Below are positions 48,668-56,768 of a stretch of 58,688 nucleotides of DNA, in pieces. The DNA comes from a virus (lineage: Duplodnaviria > Caudoviricetes), in the IMG/VR virus record IMGVR_UViG_3300037041_002703, positions 1-58,688 of that record; one strand, 5' to 3'. Position 1 is the first letter of the stretch; each line of letters opens with the position of its first letter. The notes beneath the pieces were generated by a model. It was not told the origin of the DNA and searched no databases. It worked only from the letters and a program-made list of their open reading frames with translations. The translations under genes and the position numbers were made by a program.

Positions 48668-49529
48668 CACCAAGAATACTTTGAATTAATTTTAAAACGT
48701 CATTTTTAGCCCTTTCGATTTCCTTTTTTGATGCTTTAGGAGCTGGGTTAGGTCCTTCAAAAGGTTTTCTTCCTGGATGAGAAGGTCTGGTAGTAGGTTT
48801 GGTATTCGGTTTTGTTGTAGGTTTGACCGGCGCTGTTTCAGTATCAGCCTCACTCATGGACTTTAACATACTTATATTACCAATAGGTTTACTCATTTTG
48901 ATTGACTTACCCTTTTTTGACTTAGGTTTGTATATCGAACGACGAACCACACCTTGTTCGGCAATAGTTTCAAGAAATTCTGCTTTTGTCATTTTTGGTT
49001 GTAAATAATTTTCCACCAAAGATACAATTTTTTCTTCAACAAAAAAATCCATCGGAGATTTACCCTCCTTTAAACTTTTCTTAACCGCCCTAACACATCT
49101 TTCAAATTTAGGGGTTTTTTTAGGTCCGAGTTGTGCGTGACATATTGCATAAGGGTTGTTTTCCTCATTTTCAGCTTCAGACATGTCTACTTTTTTGTCA
49201 ATTTCGGTGTCACCCAAATCGTCCATACCGTCTGGAGCTTGTACTTGGTGGGGTGCTTGAGTAGTTGCACCACCTTGAGCACTACCCATGTAATCTACGT
49301 TGTCTTCAGCTACCTCACCCTCAATTTTAACATCAATACCTCTCGAAGTTAAATCTTTAAGTTTCTGCGGGTCTCCAGTCGCTTTGTCAGCAGAAATCAT
49401 TACAGAACCTTGTTCAGTTAAAGAAATTTTTCTGAACAAAACATTAATTTGATTTTCGTTTAATTTAGAAATAGTTTCGGGTGATAAGCCCATTTCAACT
49501 AGTTGAATAATTTTATCTTTAGTTTTCAT
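48654..49529 (-). CDS. Hypothetical protein
   Basis: Likely start MKTKDKII. Contains NPYAIC...FERCV and a P/T/K-rich segment. Confidence 0.7.
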   Translation of the reverse strand: MKTKDKIIQLVEMGLSPETISKLNENQINVLFRKISLTEQGSVMISADKATGDPQKLKDLTSRGIDVKIEGEVAEDNVDYMGSAQGGATTQAPHQVQAPDGMDDLGDTEIDKKVDMSEAENEENNPYAICHAQLGPKKTPKFERCVRAVKKSLKEGKSPMDFFVEEKIVSLVENYLQPKMTKAEFLETIAEQGVVRRSIYKPKSKKGKSIKMSKPIGNISMLKSMSEADTETAPVKPTTKPNTKPTTRPSHPGRKPFEGPNPAPKASKKEIERAKNDVLKLIQSILGDGKK

Positions 49530-49914
49530 AAACCACATTTTTTTCAAATTCGAGAATTAAATCTTTCTCGTATAATTTATCTTTTACCGAATCTTCTTCT
49601 TGTCCAAAACGAAAAACTAATCTATTATCCTCGTCATATTCACCAACTTCCCAACCTAAAGCGATAACTCCGTCCATGGCATCGGACAAGCTAAAGTAAT
49701 CAGAATTTTGTATTAATTCGAGTTTAATATTTGATTTTCTTAATACTCCTACTTTACTGATATGCTCTAGTTCTGGAGGGGAAGGATATCCATTAGCCGG
49801 AGACGAATCCCAAGAATCACCCCATACTTCCAGATTATCAGAAAAAATAAATTCATAGAGATTATCTCCCTTATAGTCAGGACCTAGTCCGTTAATATAA
49901 GTTAGATATTTCAT
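49519..49914 (-). CDS. Hypothetical protein
   Basis: 131 aa coupled ORF. Confidence 0.7.
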   Translation of the reverse strand: MKYLTYINGLGPDYKGDNLYEFIFSDNLEVWGDSWDSSPANGYPSPPELEHISKVGVLRKSNIKLELIQNSDYFSLSDAMDGVIALGWEVGEYDEDNRLVFRFGQEEDSVKDKLYEKDLILEFEKNVVYEN

Positions 49915-51095
49915 AGAACAATTCCTTCAGCAGAAATTTTTACTTGTTTATTTTTACTTTCAAAAACCAAATTCTTCTTGTTGGTTCTCCCAACAAAATC
50001 AAAATTTTTGTTTTCCTCTAAAAATTTCTTACCAGCCAATTCTTGTTCAATTGTTTCAGACAAATTTTCAATTTTATCAATCATAAAACCTAGTTTGGAT
50101 TTAGACGAACTTTGTCTTTCTTCAAACAATTTTTTTGCATGCTCAACCTCTGAGGAGCTTACCTCGAAATACTTGCTTAGAACTTTATCTATTTTGCTTT
50201 CATTCATCGACATGTTGAAATTGTAATCTTCAGAACCCATACCTTCCATAGGTTCCTCTGGTGAGATTTCAGCATCAAAGTCCAAATCCATTTCAGTGTC
50301 GGGTTCATCCATGCCAAAATCAGAATCCATCTCAGCGTCAGCTTCAACATCTTCAAACTTAGCCATAATATCCTCCATGTCTTCTGGTTCCAGTTTGGTC
50401 AAGTCAACCGCTGAAAGAACCATATTAACTACATATTTGATATCTTCAGAGGTCATCCCTTCCTGTGTTTCCAAGGCTCGCACTTTTTGAGTGAGTTTAC
50501 CTGTCAATTTTTGAATTAATTTAAAAGAAACTTTCTCTTCCACATCTTGTCCCATATCAGCAGGTTCTTCCATAGAAGTATCCGCATCCATATCAACATC
50601 CATATCTAAATTCATATCCATTTCATCTGCGGCACCACCCTCAGCAGAAGGTAATTCTGGTTCAGGTAATGGAGCTGGTTCAGCTGGAACCGGTGGAATT
50701 TCTGCAACTGGTGCAGGTGGGGTTGGAGTTCTTAAAACAAATTTCTTTTGTTCCCCAAATAATTTTACTTCCTCATTTTGACCATTAAGTTCATTACTTT
50801 CCTTAATAACCAAATTAAGTTTTCTTAATGCTTGAGCATATGAAGAAAAGTATTTTCTATTTTTCATTGGCTCCATGTAATCTAGCGAAGATTCATTAAT
50901 ACCTTTTTTAATAATGTATCCCTGCTTTTCTTTTACAATGTGATAATCCATTCCATCAGCCAAGTTGATGGAATACTCAGAGTTACCCTCATTAATGCTT
51001 GTTGAAGGCATTCTGTAGGTAGCAATCTCCATAATTCTTTTTAGTTTATCGGCTCCTTCGAGTTTTTCGCTGCCAATTGCTTTTAATTTTGCCAT
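49911..51095 (-). CDS. Acidic hypothetical protein, possibly a prohead core component
   Basis: D/E/M-rich low-complexity tracts like those in the scaffold. Confidence 0.65.
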   Translation of the reverse strand: MAKLKAIGSEKLEGADKLKRIMEIATYRMPSTSINEGNSEYSINLADGMDYHIVKEKQGYIIKKGINESSLDYMEPMKNRKYFSSYAQALRKLNLVIKESNELNGQNEEVKLFGEQKKFVLRTPTPPAPVAEIPPVPAEPAPLPEPELPSAEGGAADEMDMNLDMDVDMDADTSMEEPADMGQDVEEKVSFKLIQKLTGKLTQKVRALETQEGMTSEDIKYVVNMVLSAVDLTKLEPEDMEDIMAKFEDVEADAEMDSDFGMDEPDTEMDLDFDAEISPEEPMEGMGSEDYNFNMSMNESKIDKVLSKYFEVSSSEVEHAKKLFEERQSSSKSKLGFMIDKIENLSETIEQELAGKKFLEENKNFDFVGRTNKKNLVFESKNKQVKISAEGIVL

Positions 51096-51115
51096 GGTTT
51101 TTTTTTGATTAATTT

Positions 51116-51994
51116 TTAATTGTTAAGGCCGTTTACTCCCCCGAGAAGCACCGCACTTAAGTCGATTACAGTTCCTTGTTTTTGTCCGTCAGGACCGACA
51201 GGTACCCAGTCAGCTGGGTGAGGATATTCTGCGGTGTAGGTTACACCACTACAAGTTATGCAAGCTTCGGCTTCATACTGAACATTCACATCGAACACTC
51301 CAAATGGAGTTGCTGACGGAGTAGGGGTCATTGTTTGCGTTTGAGTCTGCGTAGGGGTAGCAGTATTTGTTGCGGTTTGTGTTGGCGTTGCAGTTTTTGT
51401 TGGTGTTTGTGTGGGGGTTGCTGTATTAGTTGTTGTTTGTGTTGGTGTTTGTGTTTGAGTATTAGTTGGTGTTACGGTAGGTGATGGTGTATTAGTTGGT
51501 GTTGACGTATTTGTTGCGGTAATACTTGGTGTTGGTGTGTTTGTTGCGGTATTAGTTGGTGTTTGAGTTTGAGTTGCTGTGTTTGTTGGTGTTTGTGTCT
51601 GAGTTTGGGTTGTAGTGTTTGTAGGCGTTTGTGTTTGTGTTGGGGTTTGGGTTTGTGTAACTGTTGGTGTTGGTGTTGGAGTTGCAGTATTTGTTGGGGT
51701 TTGAGTTTGGGTTGCCGTGTTTGAAGGTGTGTTGGTGGGTGTTGAAGTTGGCGATTCGGTAGGAGTTGGTGTCAAGTCTCCAAGGCACTCAACACAAGAA
51801 AGCCATGGTCCGTTAAATACTGTTACAACTTGTGCTAATGGAGTTTCCTCAAAAAAATTAAGGGTCCAACAACCAATGTTTGTTGACCCGTCTAGTAATT
51901 CGTAAATTCTACCAGAAACTATGGTAGCTTCAGTAGCAAAAAATCTTGAAGGTTGCCCAACACAAGAAGTTCCAATAAAATAATTCAATGCCAT
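51116..51994 (-). CDS. Mucin-like Thr/Pro-repeat protein with Cys-containing end domains
   Basis: About 156 aa of TPT/TQT/TNT repeats between small domains with CxxC motifs. TATTTAT at 52009-52015. Confidence 0.8.
   Translation of the reverse strand: MALNYFIGTSCVGQPSRFFATEATIVSGRIYELLDGSTNIGCWTLNFFEETPLAQVVTVFNGPWLSCVECLGDLTPTPTESPTSTPTNTPSNTATQTQTPTNTATPTPTPTVTQTQTPTQTQTPTNTTTQTQTQTPTNTATQTQTPTNTATNTPTPSITATNTSTPTNTPSPTVTPTNTQTQTPTQTTTNTATPTQTPTKTATPTQTATNTATPTQTQTQTMTPTPSATPFGVFDVNVQYEAEACITCSGVTYTAEYPHPADWVPVGPDGQKQGTVIDLSAVLLGGVNGLNN
51305..51772 (-). repeat. Degenerate coding repeat (T-x dipeptide periodicity; [10 protein letters not shown]-like units)
   Basis: GTTGGT/GTTTGT/GTTTGA-rich hexamer periodicity on the plus strand. 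Confidence 0.9.
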
Positions 51995-52061
51995 GGACTT
52001 TTTTTTCTATAAATATTGCTCGTTTAATAATAAACTTAATTAATAAATATCAAACAAATGT

Positions 52062-52814
52062 TTAATCCAACATTTTTACTTCAACTGATAGCTCCTTATC
52101 CGTTTGTCGATTAACTGTATCATAAAGTTTTTCTAATAGACCTGCTCGTCTAAGGTATTTAAAAACCAAATTTTCATAGGAAAATTCCCCTGTTTTTTCT
52201 AAACCTGACTTCCGATAATCCTTCAATCTTTCTTTAAGTTTTTCAATGTTTTTTTCGTTGGCTATTAACCCTTCTTTTTTAACACTTGTAATGAGGGTTT
52301 CGATTTTTTCTACCCAAGTATCAATTTTTTTATTCAGTACTGAATATTCTATTTGTGGTTTTTCTTTTGATGGCTTAGTTAACCATTCATCATTTTCAAC
52401 AGAATAAACCCCAGAAGCAAAGTGGGTTTCTTCTGCATCCTGAGGATAAAGCTCAACTTCATAGCCATAAATCTTTATATTCCTTTTTTGGTTGTAAACT
52501 TGTTTTTTCAAACCAAATAAATCTCTATAGAGTTGGGCTTGTTTACCAAACTGCTCGTAATCAATTATTAAGTGTAAATCAAAATCTGAAAATTGCGACC
52601 AATTATAGTTCGAAAGACTGCCCGTAAGAACAACATCTTCTACTTTAACTTCTTCACCTAAACTCTCACCAAAATCTTCAGCAATTTTCAATAAAGCTTC
52701 TCTAACCTTTGGTTTTAAAAAGGATTCTTTAACATTGTTAGGATTTTCCCAAATTTTTGGATTCAAAGAATCTTTTACAGAAAAACTTTTTAAAATTGTG
52801 GATTGTTGAGCCAT
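52062..52814 (-). CDS. Pol-beta-superfamily nucleotidyltransferase
   Basis: VVLTGSLSNYNWSQFSDFDLHL (hGS...DxD) plus a third acidic residue in EVELY. Confidence 0.8.
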   Translation of the reverse strand: MAQQSTILKSFSVKDSLNPKIWENPNNVKESFLKPKVREALLKIAEDFGESLGEEVKVEDVVLTGSLSNYNWSQFSDFDLHLIIDYEQFGKQAQLYRDLFGLKKQVYNQKRNIKIYGYEVELYPQDAEETHFASGVYSVENDEWLTKPSKEKPQIEYSVLNKKIDTWVEKIETLITSVKKEGLIANEKNIEKLKERLKDYRKSGLEKTGEFSYENLVFKYLRRAGLLEKLYDTVNRQTDKELSVEVKMLD

Positions 52815-52834
52815 ACCGAATAAATACCCTTATA

Positions 52835-53077
52835 TTATAGTTTAGTGTACTTAAACTTTTTTGCAATCTCGTTTGAAAAGTACTTACCTTGCGATTCAGC
52901 CATTCTGAATTTAGTGTAAGTTGCGTGAGGAACCTCATTGTATTGGTAACGTGTTCCGTTTTTAAATTCGACAATCATGTCCTTGTTTTCGGTGTCGTAC
53001 TGTGAGCGCACAATTGTTCCAGATTCAATTTCGTTAAGGATAACCGTCCCTTTTATTTCTTCTCTTTTTACTCCCAT
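52835..53077 (-). CDS. KTSC-domain protein
   Basis: SGTI....YD....MIVEFKNG..YQY..VP...Y..F..AESQGKYF...I. ATG at 53077. Confidence 0.88.
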   Translation of the reverse strand: MGVKREEIKGTVILNEIESGTIVRSQYDTENKDMIVEFKNGTRYQYNEVPHATYTKFRMAESQGKYFSNEIAKKFKYTKL

Positions 53078-53115
53078 AATAATAAAGTTTAAATTAAGCT
53101 TATAATAGATAAATA

Positions 53116-53145
53116 CAAAAAACCCCCAACTTTCGCCAGGGGTCA
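53116..53145 (-). terminator. Intrinsic terminator after the UVR gene
   Basis: Minus strand: ACCCCTGGCGAAAGTTGGGGG-TTTTTTG. Confidence 0.7.
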
Positions 53146-53165
53146 AAAAATCATGGGTTTTTTAA

Positions 53166-53591
53166 CTATTTTAATTTTTTTATTTCATCCCTAATTTCAA
53201 TAGCTTTTTCAAAATCTTGTTTATTGATTGCTTCCTTAAGGTCATTTTCCAAACCGTTAATTTTTTCCTTATTTGCCTCAAGTTTTTTAATGCGGTCACG
53301 CAATTCCACTGCCATTTCAAATTCTTGTTCCTCAATAGCCTTTTGCAAAAGATTTTGAAGTTTGTTAATATCGGAATTGTTTTCCGATGGTTGTGGATTA
53401 CTCGAGTTTCTATAAATGGTTGTAAATTGTATCATACCATCTTCTGATGTGAAAGTTTCCTTGGACCAATTACCAAGGTCGTCTTTACCTGTTTCAGTTT
53501 TAGTTGACCGTATTACAAACGGGTCGAATTGATTTCTTAAGAAAGAGTTTAGAATGGAATCTAAATCTTCGAAAATTCTTTTTTTTGCCAT
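53166..53591 (-). CDS. Protein with two tandem UvrB/UvrC (UVR) motifs
   Basis: LQKAIEEQEFEMAVELRDRIKKL and LKEAINKQDFEKAIEIRDEIKKL. Confidence 0.85.
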   Translation of the reverse strand: MAKKRIFEDLDSILNSFLRNQFDPFVIRSTKTETGKDDLGNWSKETFTSEDGMIQFTTIYRNSSNPQPSENNSDINKLQNLLQKAIEEQEFEMAVELRDRIKKLEANKEKINGLENDLKEAINKQDFEKAIEIRDEIKKLK

Positions 53592-53628
53592 TTTTGTGTT
53601 TGTTAATTTTTATTTGCCATTACAATAC

Positions 53629-53644
53629 GCAATGCAAATGCCAA
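53629..53644 (-). promoter_or_regulatory. Sigma54 (RpoN)-like -24/-12 promoter for the UVR gene
   Basis: Minus strand TTGGCATTTGCATTGC has exact GG-N10-GC spacing, 37 nt before the ATG. Confidence 0.55.
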
Positions 53645-53655
53645 AACAAGAGTTA

Positions 53656-53710
53656 TGACACTTTGTCAGGTAATTTTAGTTTAGGTAACCTAATACATGA
53701 CAAACTGTCA
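53656..53710. promoter_or_regulatory. Paired palindromic boxes TGACA-N3-TGTCA
   Basis: TGACACTTTGTCA (53656-53668) and TGACAAACTGTCA (53698-53710), 42 bp apart. TTAGGTAACCTAA (53681-53693) lies between them. Confidence 0.65.
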
Positions 53711-53788
53711 ATTAATAAATATTTTTTACAGTGCGTTTGGAAATGTCCGTTTTTTGTTTAACCTTTGTACAAATCAAATTATAAAACC

Positions 53789-55792
53789 ATGAGCGAAACT
53801 ATGGACGACGACGACGATAAGGCCCTCGGTAGGAAGAAACCCTCTTCTGATTCTAGAACTCCTGTTCTGGATAATTTTTCCCGTGACCTTAATAAACTTG
53901 CTGAGCAAGGAAAGCTCGACCCAGTAATTGGTCGAGAAAAAGAAATCGTGCGCATTGCACAGATTCTCTCTCGTAGAAAAAAGAACAACCCTATCATCCT
54001 AGGTGAACCCGGTTGTGGTAAGACCGCAATTGTGGAGGGTCTTGCGAGCTTGATTGTAAATGGAAGCTGTCCCAAGAACCTTCTTGATAAGCGCATCGTC
54101 ACCCTTGACCTTACAGCAGTTGTTGCTGGTACAAAATACCGTGGTCAGTTTGAGGAGCGTCTTAAGGTTATCTTGGAGGAACTTTCCCAAAACCCCAACA
54201 TCATCATCTTCATTGATGAAATTCATACCTTAATTGGTTCGGGTAACTCTTCCGGTAGCCTGGATGGTTCCAACATCTTTAAACCTGCTTTGGCTAGAGG
54301 GGAAATCCAGTGCATCGGTGCTACCACGTTGGATGAATACCGCAAATCATTTGAAAAGGACGGAGCTTTGGAGCGTCGCTTCCAAAAGGTAATGGTGGAC
54401 CCATCCACCGTTGCTGAGACCATTCAAATTCTCACCAACATCCGAGACCGCTACGAGGCATTTCACAAGGTATCGTACTCTGATGAAGTCATCGAGTTGT
54501 GTGTAAAGCTCGCTGACCGCTACATCACCGACCGAGAATTCCCTGACAAAGCATTTGATATCCTTGATGAAGTGGGGGCTCGCAGTCAGACCGAGCAGAA
54601 GATTCCAGAGATAATTGAGGAGCTTAAACATAAAGCTGCTGATATTAAGCTTCAGAAGATGGAAGTTGTCAAAAAGCAGAACTACGAAGAAGCTGCGGCC
54701 CTTCGTGATAAAGAACGGAATATTCTTGTAAAACTTCAAAATGAGAAGAAGAAGTTCGAACAAGAGTCCGCAACCCATCGTGTTCCAATTACCGTGGAAC
54801 AGGTATACGATGTCGTATCTAATATGACCAAAATTCCGGTGAGCAAAATGTCAATTGATGACACCAACGCTCTTATCAATATGGACAAGGTTCTTATGAG
54901 CAAGGTCATTGGTCAAGATGAAGCGGTCTCCAAGATTGTTAAATCAATTCGTAGAAACCGCATCGGCATTAAAGACCCCAACCGTCCGATTGGTTCGTTT
55001 ATATTCCTTGGTTCAACGGGTGTTGGTAAGACTCACCTAGCAAAGCAAATTGCAAAGGAGATGTTTGGTTCAGAAAGCGCTCTTATCCGCGTTGACATGA
55101 GCGAATACCAGGAGAAGCACACAATTTCCCGATTGGTTGGAGCGCCTCCGGGATATGTGGGTTACGAAGAAGGTGGACAGCTGACCGAGCAAGTCAAAAA
55201 CAAACCTTATGCTGTAATCCTATTCGATGAAGTTGAAAAGGCACACAAGGACATCTTTTCGATTTTGCTCCAGATTCTAGATGATGGTCACGCAACCGAT
55301 TCATTGGGACGCAAAATTAACTTCAAGAACACCTTGATTATCATGACCACAAACCTTGGGGTTAAGAAACTACAGGATTTTGGTTCCGGAATCGGTTTTT
55401 CTTCCAACAAGTATTCAAACGAGGAGGCAAAAAAACAAATTTTGATGAAGGAAATGAAGAACTTCTTCTCACCTGAATTCATCAACCGTATCGACGATAC
55501 GATTGTCTTTGAGACCCTGTCTCAGGATAACATCGAAAAAATCGTTGGTTTGGAACTTGAGAAGCTCTCCAAGCGATTGGGTGAGATGAAGTACAAGATT
55601 GTTATGGACAAAACCGTGACCGAATACATTGCTAAAATAGGATTCGACCAGGTTTATGGTGCACGCCCAATAAAGCGAGCCATCCAGGACAAAATCGAAG
55701 ATTTTCTTTCGGAGCTTATCTTGATTGGCAAACTCAAAGAGAACCGCAAATACACCATCAAGGTGGTGGATGAAGAGGTGAAAATCTCCTAG
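53789..55792 (+). CDS. clpC: ClpC-type AAA+ unfoldase lacking the N-terminal Clp-repeat domain
   Basis: Two AAA modules (GEPGCGKT / IFIDEIH and GSTGVGKT / LFDEVEKAH), UVR-type M-domain (QNYEEAAALRD), GIGF ClpP-docking loop. Confidence 0.9.
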   Translation: MSETMDDDDDKALGRKKPSSDSRTPVLDNFSRDLNKLAEQGKLDPVIGREKEIVRIAQILSRRKKNNPIILGEPGCGKTAIVEGLASLIVNGSCPKNLLDKRIVTLDLTAVVAGTKYRGQFEERLKVILEELSQNPNIIIFIDEIHTLIGSGNSSGSLDGSNIFKPALARGEIQCIGATTLDEYRKSFEKDGALERRFQKVMVDPSTVAETIQILTNIRDRYEAFHKVSYSDEVIELCVKLADRYITDREFPDKAFDILDEVGARSQTEQKIPEIIEELKHKAADIKLQKMEVVKKQNYEEAAALRDKERNILVKLQNEKKKFEQESATHRVPITVEQVYDVVSNMTKIPVSKMSIDDTNALINMDKVLMSKVIGQDEAVSKIVKSIRRNRIGIKDPNRPIGSFIFLGSTGVGKTHLAKQIAKEMFGSESALIRVDMSEYQEKHTISRLVGAPPGYVGYEEGGQLTEQVKNKPYAVILFDEVEKAHKDIFSILLQILDDGHATDSLGRKINFKNTLIIMTTNLGVKKLQDFGSGIGFSSNKYSNEEAKKQILMKEMKNFFSPEFINRIDDTIVFETLSQDNIEKIVGLELEKLSKRLGEMKYKIVMDKTVTEYIAKIGFDQVYGARPIKRAIQDKIEDFLSELILIGKLKENRKYTIKVVDEEVKIS

Positions 55793-55815
55793 AGTGGTTT
55801 TTGAATTGGTTTTTG

Positions 55816-55841
55816 AAAAGGGGGCTAATGCCCCCTTTTTT
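55816..55841 (+). terminator. Intrinsic terminator after clpC
   Basis: AAAAGGGGGC-TAAT-GCCCCCTTTTTT. Confidence 0.88.
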
Positions 55842-55876
55842 ATTAACAACCTTATATTTATCATAAAAAAACCCCA

Positions 55877-56218
55877 ATGACCAAAACTGTTAGATTAAAA
55901 GAATCTGATTTGGAAAAAATCATTCAAAAAGTTATTCAAGAACAGGAGCAACCTATTTCATTGCCATCAAAAGGACTCAAAACTGTTTTTGATTCTTCAA
56001 AAGTCGCACAAATAAAATCACAGGCAGATGTTTTATCAAAAGACACCGAGCTTATTAAACAAACTTTGGAAACATTGAAAAAATGGGACCCAGAAGCTTA
56101 TTATATGCTTACACGTGGTGATGACCCCATAAAAAAAACAGTACTAGGTGACCTTATCACCTATGGAACTATAATTGGTATGATTTACGGAATTGTGCAA
56201 GAACTAAGAGGAAGATAA
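55877..56218 (+). CDS. Hypothetical protein with shared N-terminal leader and hydrophobic C-terminus
   Basis: MTKTVRLKESDLEKIIQKVIQEQ. TATTTAT at 55855. Confidence 0.72.
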   Translation: MTKTVRLKESDLEKIIQKVIQEQEQPISLPSKGLKTVFDSSKVAQIKSQADVLSKDTELIKQTLETLKKWDPEAYYMLTRGDDPIKKTVLGDLITYGTIIGMIYGIVQELRGR

Positions 56219-56219
56219 A

Positions 56220-56699
56220 ATGAAAAAAGTTATTAGATTATCAGAAAATGATTTGGTTAGATTAATTGAAAGAGTTATCAATGAACAACCAACACCAACT
56301 AAAAGCCCTGAAGAGTGTACAAGGTTACGCAAAAAGATAGATATTGCAAAATCTCGCGCACAAAGCGTTATTGCAATGGCGCCAAGACAACTCCAGGATA
56401 TCCTGAAGAAAGCATTTGAAACCGGAGTAAACCAGGGTCCTGAGGCATTTAAGAATGCATTACCAAGAGAAGCAAGAGAAACCCTGGACAAAAAGATTAG
56501 AACAACCAGAATGCCAAAAACCAACTCTGAAATTGAATCTATGATGTCCCAAGCTCAGCAGGAAGTGGAGAACATTCAAGAACAAGTGAAATCTTGGCTA
56601 GGTTTATTTATTAACATCGGAATGATATTGATGGTACTTTGGGTTTTATTAATCATTATTGGAAATACTGGTGGTGATATAGCCGGTTACTGCGGTTAA
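56220..56699 (+). CDS. Hypothetical protein with shared N-terminal leader and C-terminal transmembrane helix
   Basis: MKKVIRLSENDLVRLIERVINEQ...WLGLFINIGMILMVLWVLLIII. Confidence 0.72.
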   Translation: MKKVIRLSENDLVRLIERVINEQPTPTKSPEECTRLRKKIDIAKSRAQSVIAMAPRQLQDILKKAFETGVNQGPEAFKNALPREARETLDKKIRTTRMPKTNSEIESMMSQAQQEVENIQEQVKSWLGLFINIGMILMVLWVLLIIIGNTGGDIAGYCG

Positions 56700-56714
56700 A
56701 ATACCAACTAAAGC

Positions 56715-56749
56715 AATAAACCCCCACACTAAATGGGGGTTTATTTTTT
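56715..56749 (+). terminator. Intrinsic terminator
   Basis: AATAAACCCCCA-CACTAAA-TGGGGGTTTATT-TTTT. Confidence 0.82.
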
Positions 56750-56768
56750 CAAGCATATTTATAAACAG

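Noticed and set aside
51305-51772. Repetitive DNA as a possible CRISPR array or non-coding tandem repeat
   Set aside because: There are no identical repeats with unique spacers. The periodicity is explained by Thr-x codons within an ORF.
53166-53591. UvrB/UvrC excision-repair gene or McsA
   Set aside because: Only UVR motifs are present, with no helicase, nuclease or CxxC zinc fingers.
53779-55864. Several minus-strand ORFs over clpC and similar short antisense ORFs elsewhere
   Set aside because: They overlap well-supported genes on the opposite strand and have no recognisable motifs.
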